NCBI GenBank assembly: GCA_045377275.1
Contig: JBJIOA010000031.1
Location: 26,202 to 90,201 of the forward strand
Origin: Allorhizobium sp.
GTDB taxonomy: Bacteria > Pseudomonadota > Alphaproteobacteria > Rhizobiales > Rhizobiaceae
DNA: 64,000 bases
Direction: 5' to 3'
Position 1 is the stretch's first letter. Each line of letters opens with the position of its first letter. A program made the translations under genes and the position numbers. Below, piece by piece: positions 1-9,397 of this stretch. The notes under the pieces are model-generated. The model ran no database searches. It saw nothing but the letters and a program-made list of their open reading frames with translations, and was not told the DNA's origin.

Positions 1-219
1 CTTGCCGTCACCGACCAGCCACTGGGTGACGTCGTGGCGCTCATCCAGCGCCAGCATTCCGGCTGGATCGTTACGCCCGAAAGCGACATTGCCGCCCTGA
101 GGGTGACCGGCCTCTATGATCTCAGCGACCCCGACAAGGCGTTGATGGCGCTCGTCGCACCCTTCGGGCTGCAGGTCCGCAAGGCCTCACCTTATCTGAG
201 AGTCATCTCTAGCCGATAA
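1..219 (+). CDS. FecR-family anti-sigma/transmembrane sensor, C-terminal fragment (5' end lies outside the window)
   Basis: Frame 1 is open from base 1 to TAA at 217-219. The tail ...ALRVTGLYDLSDPDKALMALVAPFGLQVRK... resembles the FecR C-terminal domain. It sits directly upstream of an STN-domain TonB-dependent transducer. Confidence 0.5.
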   Translation, partial: LAVTDQPLGDVVALIQRQHSGWIVTPESDIAALRVTGLYDLSDPDKALMALVAPFGLQVRKASPYLRVISSR

Positions 220-348
220 TTTTTTCATTCGATATCAACCTCTTAAGTGGAAACACTCACGCCTTGGCGCAAAAAATGCGGACGGCGCTGAAAAACTTGT
301 CTTAATTACTCGTATTTTCCTCTAAGCAGAGCCTAGAACGGTTTCTGC

Positions 349-2655
349 ATGGGAATGAGTATGCGTTCGACGAGACTGCCCGCGAAGCAGGACGCCTTGA
401 TCAGCGCGGCGTGGCACCGCCGGCTGACGGCGACGGCTTGCGCGCTTACGCTTCTGGCGGGGGCCTCTAGCCTGCCTGTGGCGGCGCAGACGACGACCGG
501 GATCGAGACGGTGCGGGATTATGACATTCCGGCACAGCCACTTGCGAACGCATTGCGCGCCTTAGGGCAGCAGTCCGGTCTGCAGGTATCGCTCGCGGCG
601 GAACTTGCCCGCGACACGCGCTCGGCCGCCGTCTCCGGCGCTCTGACGATGGAAACGGCGCTCGCGCAGCTGCTGGCCGGCACCGGACTTGCCCATCGCA
701 TTGAAGATGGCGTCGTCGTCATCGGCGATACGTCGACCGTTATGCGCGGCGGTGTCTCCGTAACCGATGGCTCGACTGTTATCGACGAGATCAAGGTCAC
801 GGACCGCCGGATGCAAAGGGGCGTCAGCACAGTCAACGTCGATGCTGACGCGCTTGCTGAGCGCAATCCGTCCGATCTCGCCGATGTCTTCCGCGACACG
901 GCGGGCGTCAGCGTCGGCAGCTCGATCGCGACCTCGCAGAAGGTGTTCGTCAACGGTCTCGAAGAGACGACGCTTGCCGTCACCATCGACGGCAGCCGGC
1001 AGAACAACCGCGTCTTCCACCACAATGCCACCAACCTGATCGACCCGGCGCTGTTGCGCAGCGTCACCATCGACGCCGGCATCGCCCCGGCCGATGCCGG
1101 TCCCGGCGCACTTACCGGCTCGATCGCCTATGAGACCCGGACCGTGAAGGACCTGCTGTCCGAGGATGGCGTCGGCGGACTGGTGTCGGAGACCTATGAC
1201 AGCAACGCCAAGGCTTTCACCACCGGGCTCGGTGGCTGGGCGATGCAGGACGGTTTCGAGTTCCTCGGTTTCCTGAACTATGGCAAGGGCGAGAACTACG
1301 AGGCCGGCGACGGCGAGGAGGTTCGTGGGACCGCGACCAACCTTTTGAGCGGGCTTGGCAAATTCGCCTACGAAGCCGAGAACGGCGAACGTTTCGAGAT
1401 CAGCCACGAGCGAATCCGCGACGATGCGGAGCGGCCATTCCGTGCCAATGCCAGCGTGGTCACAACCGGCCGAGCCTGGGAACCTCGTTTTCGCAACTAC
1501 AAGCTCGACCGGGACAATACCGTCTTCACCTATAGCGACACCACGCCCGACGGCTGGTGGGATCCACTCGTGCGTCTGGCCTATAGCCACAGCGCGGTCG
1601 AGACGCCTGTCTATTTCGATGACGGCAGCGGCAACCCGGCTTCCTATGCAGGCCGGGGCGCAAGCGGCAGCCTGAACGGGCGCGCGCAGAACAGGTTCGC
1701 GCTGGAGAATGGAGATATGGTTGCCGGTCTCGATTTCTACAGCGACCGTATCGAGCTCGACACGGCACGCAACGCGGAAGACGCGACGGAGACTGCCCGG
1801 AATATCGGGCTCTATGCCCAGGCCCGTCTCGAACCCTTCGAGGCCACGCGGCTGTCCTTCGGCGGGCGGGCCGACCGGCAATGGTTCGAAGGCACCACCG
1901 GTCAGACGTGGCGCCATGCCGGCCTCAGCGGCAATGCCGCGATCGAATACGACCTCACGCGCTTCCTCACGGCAAAAGCCGGCGCCTCGCATGTCTGGGC
2001 CGGCATTCCCTTGGCGGAAGCCTTCATCATGAACCCCGGCTGGTCCTATGGCGCGGCAGGGCCGGAGGTGACGACCGCAGACAACCTGATGACCGGTCTC
2101 GAATTCCATCACGATGGCTTCACGGCGGAAGCGAGCCTTTTCCGCAGCCGCATCCATAATGCGCGGGTTGCCAAATTCGCGGTGGCGCTCGCCAACCAGA
2201 ACTACGAGGTGGAGACCGAGGGCTTCGAGCTTGCGGTGGGCTACGACTGGATCGACGGTTTCATCAAGGTGAAGTATGCGCATGTCGACGCCGAAATCGA
2301 CGGCCGTCCGGCGGATTTCGATACCGGCAATTACCTGACCACGCCGGTCGGCGACATCATCGTGCTCTCGGCTGGCCATAGCTTTGCCGATTGGGGTCTG
2401 ACCATCGGCGGCGATGTCGAGATAGCGCCGGAATACACTTCCGGGGACGCGACCTATCGATCCTACGAGGTCGTGAACCTCTATGGCGAATGGAAACCCG
2501 AGCAACTGCCGCACATGACGTTTCGCGCGGAGGTGCAGAACCTGCTGAACGAGACCTATGCGAGCCGCGCAACCTACGGCCAGGAATTCGGCAATGTGAC
2601 GCCGCTGCACGAGAAGGGGCGAAGCTTTCTTCTCTCCGTCAAGGCGACCTTCTGA
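349..2655 (+). CDS. TonB-dependent siderophore receptor/transducer with N-terminal STN signalling domain (FecA-like)
   Basis: 768-aa ORF with a signal peptide (…LLAGASSLPVAAQ). STN-like segment DYDIPAQPLANALRALGQQSGLQVS…AQLLAGTGL, then plug and beta-barrel, ending in the typical terminal aromatic …LLSVKATF. Confidence 0.9.
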   Translation: MGMSMRSTRLPAKQDALISAAWHRRLTATACALTLLAGASSLPVAAQTTTGIETVRDYDIPAQPLANALRALGQQSGLQVSLAAELARDTRSAAVSGALTMETALAQLLAGTGLAHRIEDGVVVIGDTSTVMRGGVSVTDGSTVIDEIKVTDRRMQRGVSTVNVDADALAERNPSDLADVFRDTAGVSVGSSIATSQKVFVNGLEETTLAVTIDGSRQNNRVFHHNATNLIDPALLRSVTIDAGIAPADAGPGALTGSIAYETRTVKDLLSEDGVGGLVSETYDSNAKAFTTGLGGWAMQDGFEFLGFLNYGKGENYEAGDGEEVRGTATNLLSGLGKFAYEAENGERFEISHERIRDDAERPFRANASVVTTGRAWEPRFRNYKLDRDNTVFTYSDTTPDGWWDPLVRLAYSHSAVETPVYFDDGSGNPASYAGRGASGSLNGRAQNRFALENGDMVAGLDFYSDRIELDTARNAEDATETARNIGLYAQARLEPFEATRLSFGGRADRQWFEGTTGQTWRHAGLSGNAAIEYDLTRFLTAKAGASHVWAGIPLAEAFIMNPGWSYGAAGPEVTTADNLMTGLEFHHDGFTAEASLFRSRIHNARVAKFAVALANQNYEVETEGFELAVGYDWIDGFIKVKYAHVDAEIDGRPADFDTGNYLTTPVGDIIVLSAGHSFADWGLTIGGDVEIAPEYTSGDATYRSYEVVNLYGEWKPEQLPHMTFRAEVQNLLNETYASRATYGQEFGNVTPLHEKGRSFLLSVKATF

Positions 2656-2726
2656 CAACAAACTGCATCGCGCCTGAAGGCGCGGGGCTAACCACGACCA
2701 CCTGCTTACGTTTCGGAGAGACTGCA

Positions 2727-3638
2727 ATGAACATCCGCCCCTTTGCTCGCCGCGCGCTGATTACCGCCGGCCTCACCCTTGCCGCCCTGCCGGCGCTGGC
2801 ACTCGACGTCGAAACCTATGCCGGCAAGGTCACTGTCGAGGGCACGCCGTCCAAGGTTGCCGTCTTCGACATTGCCGCGCTCGATACGCTGCTGGCCATC
2901 GGCGTGATGCCATCAGGCATTCCGGAAAACCTGTATCTGCCGGAACTGTCTGATCTGAAGGGCAAGGCCGAGGTTGTCGGTGACATCTTCGAGCCGGATC
3001 TCGAAGCCTTGAGCGCACTTGAGCCAGAGCTGATCATCGTTGGCGGCCGCTCCTCCGGCAAGGAGGAGGAAACGGTGAAAGTCGCCCCCTCGCTCGACAT
3101 GACCATGGACGGCGTCGATGTGGTCGAGCAGGCGCGCGAGCGGGCCTTCACCTATGGCGCGATCTTCGGCAAACAGGCCGAGGCCGAGAAGGCGGTTGCT
3201 GATTTCGACGCAGCGCTTGCCCGCGCCAAGGCCGCCGTTCAGGGCAAGGGCAAGGGTCTGATCCTGATGACCAACGGGCCGAAGATCACCGCTTACGGGA
3301 TCGATTCCCGCTTCGGCTGGGTGCACAAGGCGCTCGACCTGCCGCCGGCTGTCGAAGATGTCGAGGCCGCCACCCATGGCGAGCCTGTTTCCTTCGAATT
3401 CATCGCCAAGGCCAATCCCGACTGGCTGCTGGTGCTCGACCGGGCCGCCGCCATCGGCGCCAATGACCAGAATGCCAAGGCGACGCTCGACAATGCGCTG
3501 GTCGCCGAGACCACGGCCTGGAAGAGCGGCCAGGTGATCTATCTGCCGTCGGCGGATTTCTACATTGCCGCAGGCGGCCTCAAGGCCACCGAACGAGTGC
3601 TGGCCACGATCGAGGCCACATTCTCCGCCAGCCAGTGA
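2727..3638 (+). CDS. iron-siderophore ABC transporter periplasmic substrate-binding protein
   Basis: Internal ATG at 2727 is preceded by GGAGAG. Signal peptide MNIRPFARRALITAGLTLAALPALA. The gene order SBP-permease-permease-ATPase matches VctPDGC-type importers. The longer ORF from 2391 overlaps the receptor gene. Confidence 0.85.
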   Translation: MNIRPFARRALITAGLTLAALPALALDVETYAGKVTVEGTPSKVAVFDIAALDTLLAIGVMPSGIPENLYLPELSDLKGKAEVVGDIFEPDLEALSALEPELIIVGGRSSGKEEETVKVAPSLDMTMDGVDVVEQARERAFTYGAIFGKQAEAEKAVADFDAALARAKAAVQGKGKGLILMTNGPKITAYGIDSRFGWVHKALDLPPAVEDVEAATHGEPVSFEFIAKANPDWLLVLDRAAAIGANDQNAKATLDNALVAETTAWKSGQVIYLPSADFYIAAGGLKATERVLATIEATFSASQ

Positions 3639-4615
3639 TGTCTGCCATCGCTGATAGACAACATCGCCACGTGATGATTGGCGCCGGGCTCTGCCTGGCG
3701 CTTCTCGTCGTGTTGAGCCTTGCCATCGGCGTGCAGGAGCTGTCGCTCTCCGGCGCTGACGGGGCGATGCCCTTTGCCGATCTCATGGCCGTCAGCCGGC
3801 TGCCACGCACGCTCGCCGCCTTGCTCTGCGGTGCGGGGCTGGCGGTCGCCGGCCAGATCATGCAGACGCTGACGCGCAACCGCTTCGTCGAGCCCTCGAC
3901 GGCTGGCACCGCCCAGAGCGCGGCGCTTGGCATCCTGATCGTGACGCTGTTCCTGCCGGCAGCGGGTCTTGGCGTGAAGGCCCTGGTCGCCAGCGGCTGT
4001 GCGCTTGCCGGCACGGCACTCTTTCTCGCCACCGCCCATCGCCTGCCGCCGGAACAGCCGCATCTTGCTCCCCTCTTCGGCCTTGTCTATGGCGGCGTGG
4101 TCGGGGCTGCCGTCACCTATGTCGCCTGGCAGACCGATCTCCTGCAATATCTCGACATCTGGACCAATGGCGAATTCTCAGGCGTGCTGAAGGGCCGCTA
4201 CGAGCTGCTCTTCGTTGCCGTCGTCATCGTCGGCGCCGCCATCGTGATCGCCGACCGGCTGACAATCATGGCGCTTGGCGAGCACCAGGCGACCAGCCTC
4301 GGCATCGACTATCGCCGGATGACCCAGATCGGGCTGGTGTTGGTCTCCGTCATGTCGGCGCTCTCGGTCGTCGTTGTCGGTTTGATCCCCTTTGTCGGCC
4401 TCGTCGTGCCCAATCTCGTCTCGCGCATCTCGGGCGACAATCTGCGCGGCACGCTGCCGCTCGTGGCGCTCGGCGGGGCGATCCTCGTTCTCGCCTCGGA
4501 TATCGCCGCTCGCATCATGCGCTTCCCTTACGAGATCCCCGTCGGCACCGTGATGGGCGTGATCGGACCGGCGGTCTTCCTCTGGTTCATCCTCAGGGAG
4601 CGGCGCGATGCGTGA
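3635..4615 (+). CDS. iron-chelate ABC transporter permease (FecCD family)
   Basis: 326-aa polytopic membrane ORF. Its start overlaps the SBP stop (GTGATG). FecCD-like sequence: …RNRFVEPSTAGTAQSAALG…, …GDNLRGTLPL…. Confidence 0.9.
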   Translation: MMSAIADRQHRHVMIGAGLCLALLVVLSLAIGVQELSLSGADGAMPFADLMAVSRLPRTLAALLCGAGLAVAGQIMQTLTRNRFVEPSTAGTAQSAALGILIVTLFLPAAGLGVKALVASGCALAGTALFLATAHRLPPEQPHLAPLFGLVYGGVVGAAVTYVAWQTDLLQYLDIWTNGEFSGVLKGRYELLFVAVVIVGAAIVIADRLTIMALGEHQATSLGIDYRRMTQIGLVLVSVMSALSVVVVGLIPFVGLVVPNLVSRISGDNLRGTLPLVALGGAILVLASDIAARIMRFPYEIPVGTVMGVIGPAVFLWFILRERRDA

Positions 4616-5552
4616 CCGGATCGTCATCGGCCTTCTCCTCTGTCTTGCGCTCTTGGCCATCATCGCCTTCATGACGGTCAACCTGCGTGGCAATATCGCC
4701 TTTGCGCTGGAGTTGCGCGGCATCCGGCTTGCGGCGCTGGTAACCGTTGCTGTTGCCATCGCGCTGTCGACCGTTACCTTCCAGACGATCACCGGCAACC
4801 GCATCCTCACCCCGTCGATCATGGGCCTCGATGCGCTCTACCAGTTTGGTCAGGCAGCCCTTGTCTTTGCGCTCGGCGGGCTGGGTTATGTTTCGCTCTC
4901 GCCGCATCTGAAATTCGGCATGGAGGCATCCGCCCTGATGCTGCTCGCCATGCTCATCCTCTGGCCGGCGCTGAAACGGCGGATGGACCTCACCTTGATG
5001 TTGCTCGCCGGCGTGGTCATCGGCGGGCTGTTCCGCAGCCTGACCAATCTCATTGCCCGACTGATCGATCCGCAGGAATTCGCGGTGGCGCAACGCGCGA
5101 TGTATGCGAATTTCTCCGCGCCGAATACGGATCTGCTTGCCATCGCAGCCCTCGTCACGATCCTCGCCGGTGGCTTCCTCGTCTCGCGCCGACACCAGCT
5201 CGATATCGCCGCACTCGGACGCGACACGGCGATCGGCCTCGGCATCACGTGGAATCGCGAGATCATGATCCACCTCCTGGTGGTGTCGCTGCTGGTTGCC
5301 GTTTCCACCGCGCTCGTCGGCCCCGTCACCTTTTTCGGCCTGTTGATCGCAGCGCTTGCCGAACGGCTCACATCCTCGCGCCGGCATGCCTCCGTCTTCG
5401 TGGTCGCCATGCTTCTCGGCGTCATCGTGCTCGTCGGCGGACAGACGCTGTTGCAGCACGGGCTTGGCCAGGCCGGCACGCTCTCTGTTGTCGTCGATTT
5501 CGTCGGCGGCCTTGTCTTCATTCTGCTTCTGTTTGCGAGGCGCACCCGATGA
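4608..5552 (+). CDS. iron-chelate ABC transporter permease (FecCD family), second subunit
   Basis: 314-aa polytopic membrane ORF. It overlaps the upstream permease by 8 bp and the downstream ATPase by ATGA. Confidence 0.9.
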   Translation: MRDRIVIGLLLCLALLAIIAFMTVNLRGNIAFALELRGIRLAALVTVAVAIALSTVTFQTITGNRILTPSIMGLDALYQFGQAALVFALGGLGYVSLSPHLKFGMEASALMLLAMLILWPALKRRMDLTLMLLAGVVIGGLFRSLTNLIARLIDPQEFAVAQRAMYANFSAPNTDLLAIAALVTILAGGFLVSRRHQLDIAALGRDTAIGLGITWNREIMIHLLVVSLLVAVSTALVGPVTFFGLLIAALAERLTSSRRHASVFVVAMLLGVIVLVGGQTLLQHGLGQAGTLSVVVDFVGGLVFILLLFARRTR

Positions 5553-6316
5553 TCGAAATCCAATCCGTCAGCCTCACTCGCGAGGGCCAGCGCGTGCTTG
5601 AGGGCATCGACCTCACCCTGCCCCGCGGTGGCCTCACTGCCCTGGTCGGCCCGAACGGAGCCGGCAAGTCGACGCTGCTCTCGCTCGCAGCCCGGCTTCT
5701 GCCGCTGCAACAGGGAAGCGTAACCATCGACGGGCTGCCGGTCGGATCGACACCCGGCAAGGTGCTGGCCAAACAGCTCGCGATCCTCCGACAGGATTCC
5801 GGCCCGCCGCCGCGCGTCACCGTGCGCGAAATGGTCGGCTTCGGCCGCTTTCCGCATAGCGGCGGGCGGATGACGGCCGAGGACAAGGCGATGGTCGAGG
5901 AGGCGCTTGCCCGCTTCGAACTCGAAGGCCTAGCCAACCGCTCCCTCGACCGCCTCTCCGGCGGCCAGCGCCAGCGGGTCATGGTGGCCATGACCTATGC
6001 ACAAGCCACGGATTACATCCTGCTCGACGAACCCTTGAACAATCTCGACATGTATCACGCCCGCCAGCTGATGCTGGAGCTGCGCCGGCTTGCCGACGAG
6101 ACCGGCCGCACCATCGTCATCGTGCTGCACGACATCAACCATGCCTCTGCGAGCGCCGACCGGATCATCGCCATGAAGTACGGCCGGATCGCCGCCGACG
6201 GGCCGCCCGATGCGATCATGCGGACCGAGGTACTGGAGGCGATCTACGGGTTTGAAGTGCCGGTGGTCGAAACCGGGGGCATGCGGCTTGCTCTGCAATA
6301 TGCCGGGATGCGCTAG
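5549..6316 (+). CDS. iron-siderophore ABC transporter ATP-binding protein
   Basis: ATG at 5549 overlaps the permease stop. Walker A GPNGAGKST, signature LSGGQRQRV, Walker B ILLDEP. The longer ORF from 5249 is an in-frame artefact inside the permease gene. Confidence 0.92.
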   Translation: MIEIQSVSLTREGQRVLEGIDLTLPRGGLTALVGPNGAGKSTLLSLAARLLPLQQGSVTIDGLPVGSTPGKVLAKQLAILRQDSGPPPRVTVREMVGFGRFPHSGGRMTAEDKAMVEEALARFELEGLANRSLDRLSGGQRQRVMVAMTYAQATDYILLDEPLNNLDMYHARQLMLELRRLADETGRTIVIVLHDINHASASADRIIAMKYGRIAADGPPDAIMRTEVLEAIYGFEVPVVETGGMRLALQYAGMR

Positions 6317-6428
6317 GCAGCTTCGCCGCCTTCCCGTCGTCTCCCTATGGCTATGATAGATCCGCCGGGGGAACTCCCGGCAGATCCTAGGGACGGTCGT
6401 CCGGCTGCTAAGGGTCCGGATTACGCCG

Positions 6429-8327
6429 TCACTGCGTCTCCACCCTGCGTTTCTTCTCGTCCTTCTTGTTCTTCTGCAGCAGCCAGGTCAGCAGGTCGGG
6501 TGTTTCCTTCGGCTTGGCCGGGGGCCGCTTTGCGACAACCTTCGGGCGATAGACCTTGACGTTGTCTAGGGCTGCGAACTTCTCGCCATACTGTTTCTTG
6601 ATGGACGCGACCCGACCCCAGTTCTTTGCGCGCGAGGCCAGAACCGCAAGGCCCACGACACCGCCTTCCGTCGGCTCCCATTCCACCGATTGCTGGAAAA
6701 GGCGCGTAGCGTCCTTGGTGGCCTTGTTGTCGAGACGGTGCCAGGCGAGTGCCTGGGCGCCCAGTGCGGATTTCTGTTCGAAGACATAGGTTTCGAAGGT
6801 CTTCAGCTCCTCCTCTGTGGGGACAAGAGGCGTGTTCTGATCGGTCAGGCCGGCCGATAGCAGCTCGATATAGATCTTCTTCAGTTCCGGGGTCTGGGTT
6901 GCATACTGGCGGGCCAGCTGGAGCGCTTCGTCGCGATGCTCCATGTTGCGCAGCGTGAGGATGACCCCTTCGATGCTCTTCAGGCTGGTTGACATGCGCG
7001 TAGCGCTGACGAACCAGTGATAGGAGGCCTCCCAGCTCTGCTGACCATAGTAGAACCAGCCGAACAGCTCCGCATCGGCGGCAGAGAACGAGCGCTGGGC
7101 ATAGTCGCTGAAGCGCTGCAACTCGTCGAGCGTCAGACCGGCCGCAGCATTCCCCTGGGCGATCTGGCCCATCTTGCGGCGCACGAGATCGAAGGAGACG
7201 TTGTCGAACTCACCCGTGCCGTCAGGCAGGACAGAGCCGAGGGAAACCAGCGAACGGGTTCCCGCTTCGGGCAGCAAAAGGCTTGCCTTCTGCACCGTCG
7301 ACAGCCGCTCGCTCGGATCCTCGCAGGTCGTGACGATGTATTTGTAGAGATCGAAGGCGCGGGCAAAGTCCCGGGACTGGGCGAGTGCTTCGGCCGTGAT
7401 CCACATGGTGTTCATCTCGGCGCAGACCATCAGCTGCGGCGAGCCCTCGGCCAGGCTGACCACCTGGGCCCAGTTGCGTTGGGCGTGCGAGCGCTCCATC
7501 AGCCTGCGGGTTTCGGCCTGAGCCAGCTTGTCGACGAGTTCCTGGCTGGGTTTCCAGTTCGGGTTTTCGCTCTGCAGTTTCGCCATTTCGGTGCGGACGC
7601 GCACATAGTCGCCACTGCCGAAGATATCCCAGAGCGGTTGTTCGGAGATATTGGTCGGAGCATCGAACAGGTCTTCCGGCGCATCCCAGCTGGGATAGAG
7701 CGCCTTCAGGCGGCGCAGTTCTGCGCCAAGGCGCTTCAGGTCGCGAGTCTGGGCGTAGTAGCGCAGCGCCGTGTCATCGACCTCGGGCCGGGTTGCAACC
7801 ACGGGCTCCTCGGCCTGCTGGCTGAGCCTGGCGATCTGGAGCTCGACAGTGTCGCGCGGCGTTGCCGCTGCGGGTGCCTGGGCGCTGACGGTCGCAGGTG
7901 CCGGCTGGACGGCCGGTCTTTTCGCTGCCGTCGCCTGGCTTGGCCCGAACGGGTTCTCACCCGGCGCCACATCGCGGATGACGGGTGCTGTGGCCTGGGG
8001 CGCCATGGCCATGGGGGTTGTCGGATCCGGCATCGGAGTGGGCAGGACGATCTGGGCGGTAGCCGGTGCGACGGGCATCACCGGCTGGGGTGTCGCCATG
8101 GTCGGCGAAACGACGGGCGGCAGGCTCGGTGCCGCGACCGGCGCGAAGCTCGGCATGGCCGGCTGAACGCCCGCTGGCACGGAGACGTTGGACAGCACCA
8201 CGCCGCCCGGAACGACGACGCCCATGGCCGGGAAGTTGTTGACCCCGTCTCCCGTGGCCTGGCTTATCGGGATGGTGATGCAGGCGCCGAGAAGAAGGGC
8301 AGTCTTCAGGGGAAATCGGTCAAACAT
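6429..8327 (-). CDS. cellulose-operon accessory protein: signal peptide/possible lipobox, about 170-aa Pro/Ala-rich region, helical-repeat C-terminal part (possibly BcsK/CelG-like)
   Basis: 632-aa ORF overlapping the celC stop by 22 bp, so likely co-transcribed. N-terminus MFDRFPLKTALLLGAC…. Long P/A/V-rich stretch, then TPR-like helical content, then a Lys-rich tail. The family assignment rests on position only. Confidence 0.6.
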   Translation of the reverse strand: MFDRFPLKTALLLGACITIPISQATGDGVNNFPAMGVVVPGGVVLSNVSVPAGVQPAMPSFAPVAAPSLPPVVSPTMATPQPVMPVAPATAQIVLPTPMPDPTTPMAMAPQATAPVIRDVAPGENPFGPSQATAAKRPAVQPAPATVSAQAPAAATPRDTVELQIARLSQQAEEPVVATRPEVDDTALRYYAQTRDLKRLGAELRRLKALYPSWDAPEDLFDAPTNISEQPLWDIFGSGDYVRVRTEMAKLQSENPNWKPSQELVDKLAQAETRRLMERSHAQRNWAQVVSLAEGSPQLMVCAEMNTMWITAEALAQSRDFARAFDLYKYIVTTCEDPSERLSTVQKASLLLPEAGTRSLVSLGSVLPDGTGEFDNVSFDLVRRKMGQIAQGNAAAGLTLDELQRFSDYAQRSFSAADAELFGWFYYGQQSWEASYHWFVSATRMSTSLKSIEGVILTLRNMEHRDEALQLARQYATQTPELKKIYIELLSAGLTDQNTPLVPTEEELKTFETYVFEQKSALGAQALAWHRLDNKATKDATRLFQQSVEWEPTEGGVVGLAVLASRAKNWGRVASIKKQYGEKFAALDNVKVYRPKVVAKRPPAKPKETPDLLTWLLQKNKKDEKKRRVETQ

Positions 8328-9397
8328 GTCGGATACCTTTCAGCGATCGCCATGAGACTGAGCACATGGAGCGTGGCGGGGTAGTAGTCTTGGGAGCTGA
8401 AGTCAGAGAGAAGGGCGAGATCGGGACGTCGGCCCAGGCTGCATTCGACGAGACCGGCGACGGCCTGGTAGCCAGGGCCGGGCATCGGGGCGAGACGGGT
8501 CGCGGTTGCGAGTTCGACCACGGACATGGAGGCTTCACCGAACTGCTTCCAGTGGGCGGCAAAGACCTCGAGAATGTCCGGATAGTCGCGCGAATACCAG
8601 GCCAGATAAAGCGGGATTCGGATTGCATCATAGCCGAACTGCGAGGGGTAGCCGTTTGCCGGACGTGGCGTCTCGCCCGAGAGCGACACCCAGTCCGCCG
8701 GCAATCTTGCCGGACCGAAGCGTGCCTCGCGCAGCAGACGCACACCGCTGTCCATCAGGGCTGCGGATGGGAAACGGTTCGACAAACGTCCGAGATCGAC
8801 GATCGCGGGAAAGATCCAGTAGGCCATGTTGACCACCGGGCCATCCGCCTGATCTTTCGCCCCGAAGCCTTGAACACCGGGTAGCATGACGAGCCCATGC
8901 GCCGTGTCGATCGCGGTCCGGGCGATGATGGCGTCCGAAATCCGCCGGGCATCGCGCTGCAGGTCGGCATCCCCCCAGCGCTTTCCGGCCCGCATCAGCG
9001 CCCATGCGATGAGCAGGTCGCCATCAGTCGCGTTGTTGCGATCCGTGATCGGCGGCATCTGCGTCGGATCCCAGCGCCAGGCGGCGAGACCGTCCTCGCG
9101 GACGAAGAGGTTTGCCTTCGTCCACCGCCAGATGCGATCGAAGCTGTCGCGATCGTCTGCCGCCTCGGCCATCAGCATGCCATAGCCCTGGCTTTCGCTG
9201 TGGCTGATGCCACCGGCCCGGTTGTCGACCACCCGCCCCTCTTCGGTCAGGAAGTTGTGGCGGTAGACCAGCCAGGCACCGGCCGCGAGATCGGCTGCAA
9301 CATTTTCCTCCGGCTGCGACCGCACCATCGTTGCGGCACCCGTAAACAGGGTGCAGCCCAACAGCAGAAAGGACAGGAGACGCGTGCGTGTCTTCAC
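8306..9397 (-). CDS. celC: glycoside hydrolase family 8 endoglucanase (CelC/BcsZ)
   Basis: 363-aa ORF with a signal peptide. GH8-type motifs SESQGYGMLMA and NATDGDLLIAWAL. GTGA start/stop overlap with celB. Confidence 0.9.
   Translation of the reverse strand: MKTRTRLLSFLLLGCTLFTGAATMVRSQPEENVAADLAAGAWLVYRHNFLTEEGRVVDNRAGGISHSESQGYGMLMAEAADDRDSFDRIWRWTKANLFVREDGLAAWRWDPTQMPPITDRNNATDGDLLIAWALMRAGKRWGDADLQRDARRISDAIIARTAIDTAHGLVMLPGVQGFGAKDQADGPVVNMAYWIFPAIVDLGRLSNRFPSAALMDSGVRLLREARFGPARLPADWVSLSGETPRPANGYPSQFGYDAIRIPLYLAWYSRDYPDILEVFAAHWKQFGEASMSVVELATATRLAPMPGPGYQAVAGLVECSLGRRPDLALLSDFSSQDYYPATLHVLSLMAIAERYPTCLTDFP

Noticed and set aside
288-314. Candidate FecI/ECF-type promoter upstream of the receptor (GAAAAAC … CGT).
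   Set aside because: The spacing (14 nt) and the -35 sequence do not match any ECF consensus I can state with confidence. I did not see a recognisable RirA or Irr box either.
562-2727. 721-aa ORF antisense to the TonB-dependent receptor. Similar long antisense ORFs: 10057-11730 (+), 22903-25089 (+), 32515-34311 (+), 41000-42319 (-), 42416-43996 (+), 43278-44720 (-), 46124-47119 (-), 61557-63179 (-).
   Set aside because: They lie opposite genes with clear family signatures. Their composition is Arg/Gly/Asp/His-rich and low-complexity, as expected for stop-poor antisense frames in high-GC DNA. None has a recognisable motif.
6363-6384. Hairpin GCCGGG-GGAACT-CCCGGC between the convergent ATPase and cel-accessory genes.
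   Set aside because: The stem is short (6 bp) with no flanking U-tracts, which is too weak to call.
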